Below are positions 44,455 to 58,301 of a stretch of 64,000 nucleotides of DNA, one piece after another. The notes under the pieces are model-generated. The model worked only from the letters and a program-made list of their open reading frames with translations. It had not been told where the DNA came from and did not search any database. This stretch comes from Eledone cirrhosa (lineage: Eukaryota). Each line of letters opens with the position of its first letter. The first letter of the stretch is position 1. The stretch lies in the NCBI GenBank assembly GCA_964016885.1, contig OZ024764.1, positions 7,006,001 to 7,070,000 of the forward strand. Reading direction: 5' to 3'. The position numbers and the translations under genes are program-made.

Positions 44455-47400
44455 GAATATCAGAAAGCAAAAAACAAACGCAGGAGTAAATGTTACAAAT
44501 ATTATTAGTTTCACACTTGGTGAGAGTGGAGTGTGTGGTTGCGATGTTTCAGGCATAAGCCCTTCATCAGGAGAGTGTGTGTGTAGTCCCTGTATGGGTG
44601 TAGGTATGTGTGTGTGTGGATGGAAAGGGTTGGATGGGGTGAGGGGAGATTGTGTGGGATCGAGTGTGGATGTATGTGAAGATGTGCACGTGTGTGTATG
44701 TTTATATCTCTCTCTCTCTCTCTCTCTCTCTCAATCTATCTGTCTATCCCTCTCTATCTCTACATATCTATCTAGCTATCTATCCCTCTCTATCTCTACA
44801 TATCTATCTAGCTATCTATCCCTCTCTATCTCTACATATCTATCTAGCTATCTATCCCTCTCTATCTCTACATATCTATCTAGCTATCTATCCCTCTCTA
44901 TCTCTCTCTCTCTCTCTATCTATCCCCCACTTTCTCTTTATGTATCTATCTCACTTTATTCCATTCTTCTCCCCCACCCCCACCCCAAAACTCCACCCTA
45001 ACCTTAACTCCACCCCACAGGAGACACTGGTCAACCATCAAAGAAACCAACGGTCACCATGTCCTAGAACACAGCAAGACTGCCATTACTTGTTACATTA
45101 CCAGTATTATGGAAGCCATCTTGAATTCCCACAGCAAATGTCCAGCCCTGATGAGGCTGGTCTTTAAACATCTCAAAGACCAGGTCCAAAATAAATGGCC
45201 AACGAGAAACCAAGAGAAAATGGTGAGTCTAACATTTTTCTGTCTTTCTCTCTTTTCTGCTCTTTTTTTAAAATTCTTATATTCTGGGATTCTTTCTATT
45301 CTCATATTCCAGTTCCACTGTCACACACAAAACTGCTCTTTAATTCTTTTAACCCTTTAACATTTACATTACTCTATATATACTATTGTATTTTCACAGT
45401 AAAGGCTTTACCTCACATATCTCACATAACATTTACATTACTCTATATATACTATTGTATTGTCACAGTAAAGTCTTTACCTCACATAATATCTCACATA
45501 ACATTTACATTACTCTATATATACTATTGTATTTTCACAGTAAAGGCTTTACCTCACATATCTCACATAACATTTACATTACTCTATATATACTATTGTA
45601 TTGTCACAGTAAAGGCTTTACCTCACATAATATCCCACATAACATTTACATTACTCTATATATACTATTGTATTTTCACAGTAAAGGCTTTACCTCACAT
45701 ATCTCACATAACATTTACATTACTCTATATATACTATTGTATTGTCACAGTAAAGGCTTTACCTCACATAATATCCCACATAACATTTACATTACTCTAT
45801 ATATACTATTGTATTGTCACGGTAAAGGCTTTACCTCACATAATATCTCACATAACATTTACATTACTCTATATATACTATTGTATTGTCACAGTAAAGG
45901 CTTTACCTCACATAATACCTCACATAACATTTACATTACTCTATATATACTATTGTATTTTCACAGTAAAGGCTTTACCTCACATAATATCTCACATAAC
46001 ATTTACATTACTCTATATATACTATTGTATTGTCACAGTAAAGGCTTTACCTCACATAATACCTCACATAACATTTACATTACTCTATATATACTATTGT
46101 ATTTTCACAGTAAAGGCTTTACCTCACATAATATCTCACATAACATTTACATTACTCTATATATACTATTGTATTTTCACAGTAAAGGCTTTACCTCACA
46201 TAATACCTCACATAACATTTACATTACTCTATATATACTATTGTATTTTCACAGTAAAGGCTTTACCTCACATAATATCTCACATAACATTTACATTACT
46301 CTATATATACTATTGTATTGTCACAGTAAAGGCTTTACCTCACATAATACCTCACATAACATTTACATTACTCTATATATACTATTGTATTTTCACAGTA
46401 AAGGCTTTACCTCACATAATATCTCACATAACATTTACATTACTCTATATATACTATTGTATTGTCACAGTAAAGGCTTTACCTCACATAATATCTCACA
46501 GAACATTTACATTACTCTATATATACTATTGTATTGTCACAGTAAAGGCTTTACCTCACATAATATCTCACATAACATTTACATTACTCTATATATACTA
46601 TTGTATTGTCACAGTAAAGGCTTTACCTCACATAATATCCCACATAACATTTACATTACTCTATATATACTATTGTATTTTCACAGTAAAGGCTTTACCT
46701 CACATAATATCTCACATAACATTTACATTACTCTATATATACTATTGTATTTTCACAGTAAAGGCTTTACCTCACATAATATCTCACATAACATTTACAT
46801 TACTCTATATATACTATTGTATTGTCACAGTAAAGGCTTTACCTCAGAAAATATCTCACATAACATTTACATTACTCTATATATACTATTGTATTTTCAC
46901 AGTAAAGGCTTTACCTCACATAATATCTCACATAACATTTACATTACTCTATATATACTATTGTATTTTCACAGTAAAGTCTTTACCTCACATAATATCT
47001 CACATAACATTTACATTACTCTATATATACTATTGTATTTTCACAGTAAAGGCTTTACCTCACATAATATCTCACATAACATTTACATTACTCTATATAT
47101 ACTATTGTATTGTCACAGTAAAGGCTTTACCTCACATAATATCTCACATAATATATACATTACTCTATATATACTATTGTATTTTCACAGTAAAGGCTTT
47201 ACCTCACATATCTCACATAACATTTACATTACTCTATATATATTATTGTATTTTCACAGTAAAGGCTTTACCTCACATAATATCTCACATAACATTTACA
47301 TTACTCTATATATACTATTGTATTTTCACAGTAAAGGCTTTACCTCACATAATATCTCACATAACATTTACATTACTCTATATATACTATTGTATTTTCA

Positions 47401-50400
47401 CAGTAAAGGCTTTACCTCACACAATATCTCACATAACATTTACATTACTCTATATATACTATTGTATTGTCACAGTAAAGGCTTTACCTCACATAATATC
47501 TCACATAACATTTACATTACTCTATATATACTATTGTATTGTCACAGTAAAGGCTTTACCTCACATAATATCTCACATAACATCTACATTACTCTATATA
47601 TACTATTGTATTGTCACAGTAAAGGCTTTACCTCACATAATACCTCACATAACATTTACATTACTCTATATATACTATTATATTTTCACAGTAAAGGTTT
47701 TACCTCACATAATATCTCACATAACATTTACATTACTCTATATATACTATTGTATTTTCACAGTAAAAGCTTTACCTCACATAATATCTCACATAACATT
47801 TACATTACTCTATATATACTATTGTATTTTCACAGTAAAGGCTTCACCTCACATAATATCTCACATAACATTTACATTACTCTATATATACTATTGTATT
47901 TTCACAGTAAAGGCTTTACCTCACATAATATCTCACATAACATTTACATTACTCTATATATACTATTGTATTTTCACAGTAAAGGCTTTACCTCACATAA
48001 TATCTCACATAACATTTACATTAGTCTACATATCCTAAACCTCCCTACTCACACTACCCTACCATTGTCTCTATTCCAACAGGACTATGCGTACCATGCT
48101 GTCAGTGGTTTCCTCTTCCTGCGGTTCTTTGTACCAGCGATACTTTCACCAAAGTTATTCCTCCTCCAGGAACACCATCCTGACAGGAAGGTCAGTCGAA
48201 CACTCACTCTCCTTGCAAAGGTAGGTGCCAGCCATCTTTATAGTTTAACGTCCATTTTCCACGCTAGCATGGGTAGTACAGGCAGTCCTGTTGTGAGAGA
48301 TCCAGGTCAAAAGGCCACGTGTTCCCTCACTCAGAACTGATTGTGGCTTGGTTTCTACAACAACATTACAGTATGTGTATATATATATGTGTGTATATGT
48401 GTATATATATATATATGTGTGTATATGTATATATATATATATTTATATATATATATATATATATATATCATCATCATCATCATCATTTTCGTTTAACGTC
48501 TATCTTCCACGCTAGCATGGGTTAGAAGGTTTTATTCTACTTGAGGCAAGATTGATCGGGTGACCGTGTCTCGCTCGTATAGGACTATATCTGGCAGGTT
48601 TTCTACGGGTGGATGCCCTTCCTAACACCAACCACATTTACAGTGTGGGGCTGGGAGGTTTTTACCGTGTTACCTACACGGCCACCATACAGTGTGGACT
48701 GGGAGCCTTTTTATCCTGTTTCCTACATGACCACCTTACAGTGTGGACTGGGAGCCTTTTTACCGTGTCTCCTACATGACCACTTTACAGTGTGGACTGG
48801 GAGCCTTTTTACTGTGTCTCCTACATGACCACCTTACAGTGTGGACTGGGAGCCTTTTTACTGTGTCTCCTACATGACCACTTTACAGTGTGGACTGGGC
48901 GCCTTTTTACTGTGTCTCCTACACGACCACCTTACAGTGTGGACTGGGAGTCTTTTTACTGTGTCTCCTACATGACCACCTTACAGTGTGGACTGGGAGC
49001 CTTTTTACTGTGTCTCCTACATGACCACTTCACAGTGTGGACTGGGTGCCTTTTTACTGTGTCTCCTACATGACCACTTTACAGTGTGGACTGGGAGTCT
49101 TTTTACTGTGTCTCCTACATGACCACTTTACAGTGTGGACTGGGAGTCTTTTTACTGTGTCTCCTACATGACCACTTTACAGTGTGGACTGGGAGCCTTT
49201 TTACTGTGTCTCCTACATGACCACTTCACAGTGTGGACTGGGTGCCTTTTTACTGTGTCTCCTACATGACCACTTTACAGTGTGGACTGGGAGTCTTTTT
49301 ACTGTGTCTCCTACATGACCACTTTACAGTGTGGACTGGGAGTCTTTTTACTGTGTCTCCTACATGACCACTTTACAGTGTGGACTGGGAGCCTTTTTAC
49401 TGTGTCTCCTACATGACCACTTCACAGTGTGGACTGGGTGCCTTTTTACTGTGTCTCCTACATGACCACTTTACAGTGTGGACTGGGAGTCTTTTTACTG
49501 TGTCTCCTACATGACCACTTTACAGTGTGGACTGGGAGTCTTTTTACTGTGTCTCCTACATGACCACTTTACAGTGTGGACTGGGAGCCTTTTTACTGTG
49601 TCTCCTACATGACCACCTTACAGTGTGGACTGGGAGTCTTTTTACTGTGTCTCCTACATGACCACTTTACAGTGTGGACTGGGAGTCTTTTTACTGTGTC
49701 TCCTACAGGACCACCTTACAGTGTGGACTGGGAGTCTTTTTACTGTGTCTCCTACATGACCACTTTACAGTGTGGACTGGGAGCCTTTTTACTGTGTCTC
49801 CTACATGACCACCTTACAGTGTGGACTGGGAGTCTTTTTACTGTGTCTCCTACATGACCACTTTACAGTGTGGACTGGGAGCCTTTTTACTGTGTCTCCT
49901 ACATGACCACCTTACAGTGTGGACTGGGAGTCTTTTTACTGTGTCTCCTACATGACCACGTTTACAGTGTGCACTGGGAGCCTTTTTACTGTGTCTCCTA
50001 CATGACCACTTTACAGTGTGGACTGGGAGTCTTTTTACTGTGTCTCCTACATGACCACTTTACAGTGTGGACTGGGAGTCTTTTTACTGTGTCTCCTACA
50101 TGACCACTTTACAGTGTGGACTCGGAGTCTTTTTACTGTGTCTCCTACATGACCACCTTACAGTGTGGACTGGGAGCCTTTTTGCTGTGTCTCCTACATG
50201 ACCACTTTACAGTGTGGACTGGGAGTCTTTTTACTGTGTCTCCTACATGACCACTTTACAGTGTGGACTCGGAGTCTTTTTACTGTGTCTCCTACATGAC
50301 CAGCTTACAGTGTGGACTGGGAGCCTTTTTACCATGTCTCCTTCAAGGCGACACGGTAAAAAGGCTCCCAGTCCATACTGTAAAGTGGTTGTGTAGGAGA

Positions 50401-51168
50401 CATGGTAAAAAGACTCCCAGTATATACATAAAACAGTGTTTTGTAGCTTGCTTGAAGTGTTGTTTAATAGGAAACAAATTTAAATTTTGAAGACCAAAAC
50501 AATGCGTTATGAAGAATGTTGAATTGCCAAGAAAACAAAAGAATCTTTCCTTAGCAAATTTAACGATCCCTTTCTGATTCCTTTGGGATCATGAAATTTG
50601 CTAAGGTAAGATTCTTTTCTCACTCGATTTGTTTTGGATCAACTCGCTCTCTCTCTCTCTCTCCATTGGCTTGTTTGTTGGACCCGGTTGCACGTGTGTC
50701 GTAAACCCTTTTGGATTAACTCCCTTTCTCTTCTCCTCCCCCTCTCTCTCTCTCTATCCCTCTTACTCACCCGCTCTGTCCTCTACCCCCTCTCACTTCC
50801 GGTTCCTCCCTCTTTCTCTCTCTCTACACTAACTTTACTGAGAATAGCCATAGATTCACCTGCTCCTCGTGGCTTTTTGATAGATAAAAGGCTATGGGCG
50901 CTCTATGGATTGATGTATTGTCTATAATGCACTGAAACATCCATGACCCATATATATAGAGAGAGAAGTAGAACACTGGAAGATAATATCCGTAGTGGTA
51001 GAGCACTCAGTCCATGGGACGAGTTAGGTAGAAGTGGTAACACAACAGTTAGTTCACCATACCGAGAACAATTGTTTCACCTTAGTGGATCTTCAGCTCG
51101 AAATGCTGAAGATCCGCTAAGGTGAAACAATTGTTCTCGGTATGGTGAACTAACTGTTGTGTAACCAC

Positions 51169-51207
<39 letters not shown>

Positions 51208-51229
51208 CCGTGTGTGTGCATGTATTTTA

Positions 51230-51270
<41 letters not shown>

Positions 51271-51616
51271 TCATCATCATCATCATCATCATCATTTTAC
51301 ATCCGCTTTTCCCTGCTTGCAAGGGTGGGACGGGTCTTATTCAGCACAGCATCTCTCCACTCGTCACGGCCCCTCGTCATCTCCACCGTGAGCTTCAATG
51401 ATCTGAGGTCTGTTCTCACCACCTCCGCCCATGTTTTTCGTGGTCTACCTCTACCACGTCTTCCTTCAACTGGCATTTCCTATATATGTATATATATATG
51501 TATATATGTATATATATGTATATATATATGTATATATATATATATAGATGTAGATATATATGTATATATATGTATATATATATATATATATCCCCCGTGT
51601 GTGTGCATGTATTTTA

Positions 51617-51667
<51 letters not shown>

Positions 51668-51836
51668 GTATATATGTATATATATGTATATATATATGTA
51701 TATATATATATGTATATATGTATATATATGTATATATATATGTATATATATATATATATATATCTATATATATATATGTATATATATATATAGATATATA
51801 TATATATATATCCCCCGTGTGTGTGCATGTATTTTA

Positions 51837-51869
<33 letters not shown>

Positions 51870-51922
51870 CCGTGTGTGTGTGCATATATGTCTCTGTGTG
51901 TATATATATATGTGTGTGTGTG

Positions 51923-51954
<32 letters not shown>

Positions 51955-51982
51955 CATATATGTCTGTGTGTGTATATATATA

Positions 51983-52028
<46 letters not shown>

Positions 52029-52068
52029 TGTGTGTGTATGCATATATGTCTGTGTGTGTATATATATA

Positions 52069-52116
<48 letters not shown>

Positions 52117-52404
52117 TGTGTGTGTATGCATATATGTCTGTGTGTGTATATATATATGTGTGTGTATATATATATATATGCGTGTGTGTGTGTGTGTATA
52201 TATGTCTGTGTGTATATATATATATATGCGTGTGTGCGTGTGCATATATGTTTGTGTGTGTATATATATATGTGTGTGTGTATATATATATATATTCATG
52301 TGTGTGTGTGTATATATGTTTGTGTGTGTATATATATATGTGTGTGTATATATATATATATATGCGTGTGTGTGTATGCATATATGTCTGTGTGTGTATA
52401 TATA

Positions 52405-52473
<69 letters not shown>

Positions 52474-53252
52474 ATATATATATGTCTGTGTGTGTATATA
52501 TATATGTGTGTGTGTATATATATGTGTGTGTGTGTATATATGGGGGATAGTGTGTGTGACTGCGGCACTGAACCACAGACTACACAAAGAAACAATGCTT
52601 TCACCCTTGACGGGATCTTCTGAAACTAAAAAAATCAATCTGTGAACGCAGAAGTAAATATTTCGAAAAACGTTACACACTATATATCTCTGAAGGATGG
52701 GGACATTGTGTGTGACAGCACCTCCTGATATGTCCCCTGTTAGAACACCCCTGCACAGCACCTCCTGATATGTCCCCTGTTAGAACACCCCTGCACAGCA
52801 CCTACTGATATGTCCCCTGCTGGACCACCCCTGCACAGCACCTCCTGATATGTCCCCTGTTAGAACACCCCTGCACAGTACCTCCTGATATGTCCCCTGT
52901 TAGAACACCCCTGGACAGCACCTACTGATATGTCCCCTGTTAGAACACCCCTCCACAGCACCTACTGATATGTCCCCTGTTAGAACACCCCTGGACAGCA
53001 TTGGATTTGGCAAAGTTTAATGAGAAAGGACAGCAATGTGTTCAGCTGAGGTGGAACCACAGCTAGCCAAACTTTGTAGCTGACATTCTTGTGGACACGA
53101 CAAGAAGAAGTATGGGGTTTGTTGACCAGATCCCAGATCCTCACCTGCTTACTGATTGGGATGGAACTTGTCATATTGGACAAATGGAAACAATATTTCT
53201 GTTGGTCTTTCCATTGCTGATACTATCTACCAGTCAAAACTCCTAGTTCTGA

Positions 53253-53295
<43 letters not shown>

Positions 53296-53848
53296 TCTCC
53301 TCTCTCCCCCCTCTCTCTCTCCCTCTCTCTCCCCCTCTCTCCCCCTCCTCCCCCCCCCCCCCCTCTCTCTCTCCACACACACACAGATGAATGGACTACA
53401 CCTTGTAAATATGTGTGTGACTCTAATTACAGGTAACACAGACGATAGGTAACCTATCAGAACCAGTTGGGAAGGAGCAATGGCTACAACCTCTCCATGA
53501 CTTCGTACGAGAGAAAATTGATGACGTCCGAACATTTATTGACACATTGACGGATATTAACACTGACAATAGTAAGTGATATTTATATATTTATATATTA
53601 TACTAGACCATCCGTAACCCGTCTACTCTTCTTTCAATATATATATAAAAGGAATCGATCGACTTTCGTCAAATCGGACCGAGGAAACAATGTTTCCATT
53701 GGTCTTTCAAATTGCTAATACTGTCTATCGGTCGCAACTCCAGGTAGAAGGAGCAACGTGAAATAAAGTGTCTTGCTCAAGGACATAACGCATCACCCGG
53801 TTCGGTAATCGAACTCACAACCTCATGATTGTGAATCCAATTCTCTAA

Positions 53849-53885
<37 letters not shown>

Positions 53886-54242
53886 GTGAGGTTTTTTTTA
53901 CAAAATGAAAAATAACCGACGTGTCCTACACGAGTGAAAGTATAAAGAAAAAAAAGATGAAATCGAAAATGCAACTGGAGTCTTATTTTTTTTTTAAAAT
54001 ATATATATTTATTTGGTTCCTTTACCGGTTTCGCAGTTCTTCTGCTTTTCAAAAGGTGAGTTGAGATGGAGGGTCTGTGCTTTTTCTCACATCAGATGTG
54101 AGAAAAAGCCACAGACCCTCCATCTCAACTCTGTTTTTGAAAAGCAGAAGAACTGCGAAACCGGTAAAGGAACCAAATAAATATATATATTTTTTAAAAA
54201 AGTAAGACTCCAGTTGCATTTTCGATTTCATCTTTTTTTCTT

Positions 54243-54277
<35 letters not shown>

Positions 54278-55414
54278 AAAAGGTAAACAGAAATAACAAC
54301 ACAATCGGTACAGTATATGGAAGGGATATATTAGGTTAACGCTTGATATAGCAGGAAGAGGGTCTTAACGTTTCGGACGCTAGTCCTTCATCAGAATAAA
54401 GAATGAGAAATAAAATAGATTGAGGGGACGGGCGGGATGGAATTGGAAAAAATGTCTTTAGATAAAAATAACAGGTCCAAATGGACCTGTTATTTTTATC
54501 TAAAGACATGTTAACATCTCTTGGTAAACTGTTGGTGCTGGCGTTTTGTGTATGATTTGTGTTTTAGAAAAGTGGATGATGGAGCGTGTCTACCTGAAAT
54601 GGAAAAAAAAGTTTTGTAAAAAGAGCTATACTTGAGCACATGCGTAAGTATGAGTTTGTGTGTGTATGTGTTATTATAGGTCCATACGAAGCTAAGAAGA
54701 AATGTGTGTGTATATGTGAGTAAAAGAGTGTGCGTGCATGTAAGTACGAAGCTATGAGCAAAAGTATGTTAATATAAGGGTGTGTTTCGGCAGGTATTAG
54801 TAGTAAGAGAAGCTGCTAATGATCAAGAGAAAGCAATAGGAATCTAGGGCTGTGATAATGGACGGGGTATTAGAGAAATTGGGGAGGTGAGTTGAGTCCA
54901 AGAGGGTAATAGGACCCAAGACGGTGAATCAGACTTTGTTCAGTCCTATATATATATATATATATATATATGGAAAGTTATATTTAAATTGTTGGGTTAC
55001 AACTAGTAAATATTTATAACTGATATAAAAGCACTCAACAAGTATTTGGAGTATATTTACGATATTAAATAAATGGAAACTATATTTATAAAACCATATC
55101 TATTTCATTATATATATTTCAGGGATATCATATTAACAATATGTTATGCCTTCCTCAGACAAAATACAATATAGACAGTTTTATAGATAAATAGATTTGA
55201 CATACCGTTCAACATCGACTTAATCAACTTTTTCAAATACAAGTCGATGTTGAACGGTATGTCAAATCTATTTATCTATAAAACTGTCTATATTGTATTT
55301 TGTCTGAGGAAGGCATAACATATTGTTAATATGATATCCCTGAAATATATATAATGAAATAGATATGGTTTTATAAATATAGTTTCCATTTATTTAATAT
55401 CGTATATATATATA

Positions 55415-55494
<80 letters not shown>

Positions 55495-58244
55495 TTAATA
55501 TAGATGAGATTCTACAGGACTAGAACTGTTTCATTCATTTGAAATCATCAGGAATCTGGGTATCAAAAAATAAATATGGTATTTATAGGTCTCTACAAGT
55601 GGTAGGAGAGGGTGGGGAGTGGGATGGGTGCAGGTCATTGGTTGATAGAAAAGGGAATTCATTAAAAGCTAATTCTACAAAGCTATAGTTTATTTTTATT
55701 TTTATTTTTATTTATTTATGTCTGCAGAATTCTCTAGACCTTTGTCACTTAGTAGAACCTTAATGACTTTAGCTTTTAAAGAATCTCCCTTTTCTTTAAT
55801 TCTATCGACCATGACTGACCCCCCACTGATTTTATAGACATCTGTTAGCTTAAGAGAAACTTATTGACAAGGAATGGTAGGCCATCCGGAACCTGTTTAT
55901 AGAATTCTGTCTGCCCTTGTTACTCTAAAAACATAAATAAATAAAAATAAAAATAAAAATAAACTATAGCTTTGTAGAATTAGCTTTTAATGAATTCCCT
56001 TTTCTATCAACCAATGACCTGCACCCATCCCACTCCCCACCCTCTCCTACCACTTGTAGAGACCTATAAATACCATATTTATTTTTTGATACCCAGATTC
56101 CTGATGATTTCAAATGAATGAAACAGTTCTAGTCCTGTAGAATCTCATCTATATTAAAACTGTTATACTCTGCTATGTATTGAGTACCTTACTTACTGTG
56201 GTTACCTCCGATTCAACCCGGAATAACGTATATATATATATATATATATATATATAAGAGTTGATCGACTTTCGTCAAATCGGACCGAGGAAACAATACA
56301 CACACACATATATATATGTAGAAGTTATATTTAATTTGTTGGAATTCCAACAAACACAAATGCTTAAAACTGATATAGAGCACTCAACAGGTTACTGGAG
56401 TAAATATTCCAATATATTAATAAATGGAAACTATATTTATAAAACCATAATTATTTTATTATATATATTTCAAGGGCGACCAAGCCAATCTTGGTGCGCT
56501 TTCATCAGATAAAATACAAAATTTGTTTTATAAATAACGACATACCCATGGAACGGTTGAAAATTCGCTGGATATTTTGTATTTTATCTGATGAAAGCGC
56601 ACCAAGATTGGCTTGGTCATCCTTGAAATATATATAATAAAATAATTATGGTTTTATAAATATAGTTTCCATTTATTAATATCTTGGTATATATATATAT
56701 ATATATATATCATCATCATCATCATCATCAACGTTTAACGTCCGTGTTCCACGCTTGCATGGGTTTGGACGGGGGTAGTCCCACTTGAGGCAAGAGTGAT
56801 TGTCTTGCTCGCATAGGACTGTCTGGCAGGTTTTCTACAGTTGGATGCCCTTCCTAACACCAACCACATTTACAGTGTGGGTCTGGGAGGTTTTTACCGT
56901 GTTGCCTACACGGCCACATTACAGCGTGGACTGTGTGTTTTTTTGTCGTGACACCTACACGATCTCATTTGTTTCGGCCCGGATGGCGCGGCACCAACAT
57001 AACTTTACATAGGACGGGGTGGTGTGGATGGGGTGGGGGTGGTGGTGGTGGGACGGGGTGTATTTTGTTAGAGATGCCTACTGGCAAGGCGGGTCTTCTC
57101 TGTTACTGAGTACCGCCAAAGGTCTCGGTCCAGTGACATTGTCTTGGAGAGGTGTAAGTGTGTGAGGTCGGAGTTTATCAGCTCGTCCCAGGTTTTTCTA
57201 GGTCTGCCTATTCCGTGGCTACCGTCTATCTTTATTGCCCTGCACTTTGTTATACAGCTATCGACTTTCATGCGCATATATATGTATATACCATCTACGA
57301 TTCACTGATTAATGGTGAAATATATGTCTATATATTATAACTAAACCACCCGTTACCTATCTACTGTTCTCTCTAAGAGAATCTACAGGAGAATCTTGCT
57401 CGTGTGACTAATGAGAGCAATTGTATAGTGTTTCTACTAATTTTATTCTATGTTATTATTGAAACTATGATATATAATTGTATAGAAATCTTATCCAAAC
57501 TTACAGTTTCTAGTAATGAATTTATAATATACTACATCACCCATCCCCTGTTGGGTCTCGTTTGCTTCAAAATCATCATCATCATTTTACGTCCGCTTTT
57601 CCCTGCTTGCAAGGGTGGGACGGGAACTGATTCTGGCTTGATTTCTACAGCTGGATGCCCTTCCTAACACCAACCTCATTTACAGTGAGTGCTGGGTGCT
57701 TTTTCGTGGTGCCTACACGTCCACTTTGCAGTGGAATGATATGGACCCCAGTCCCTATCATCTCATTTCTACAGCTGAGTAAACTGGAGCAATGTGAAAT
57801 AAAGTGTCTTGCTCAAGGAAACAACACATTACCTGGTCTGAGAATTGAACTCACAACCTTTCGATTGCAAGCCCAATGCTCTAACCACTAAGCCATGTGC
57901 CTCCATAAAATATTTTTTAAAAATCATGTTCACTCAAAAATAATTTTTAAATAATTAAAATATACACAGACATGTATATAATGTGAAATGAAACTGGAAG
58001 GCCTATATATATATGTGTGTGTATATAAATGTGTGTATATATACATATGTATGTGTGTGTGTGTGTATATATATGTGTGTGTATATATATGTGTGTGTAT
58101 ATATATATGTGTGTGTGTCTATATACACACACACACACTCACATATATATACGTGTGTGTGTCTATACATATATGCATGTATGTATATATATATATGTGG
58201 GTGTCTGTGATCTATATACACTGGTCATATACACACACACTCAC

Positions 58245-58301
<57 letters not shown>

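Noticed and set aside
45195-48340. 947-aa and 984-aa ORFs as proteins
   Set aside because: Stop-free 72-bp minisatellite inside an intron with good splice sites on both sides.
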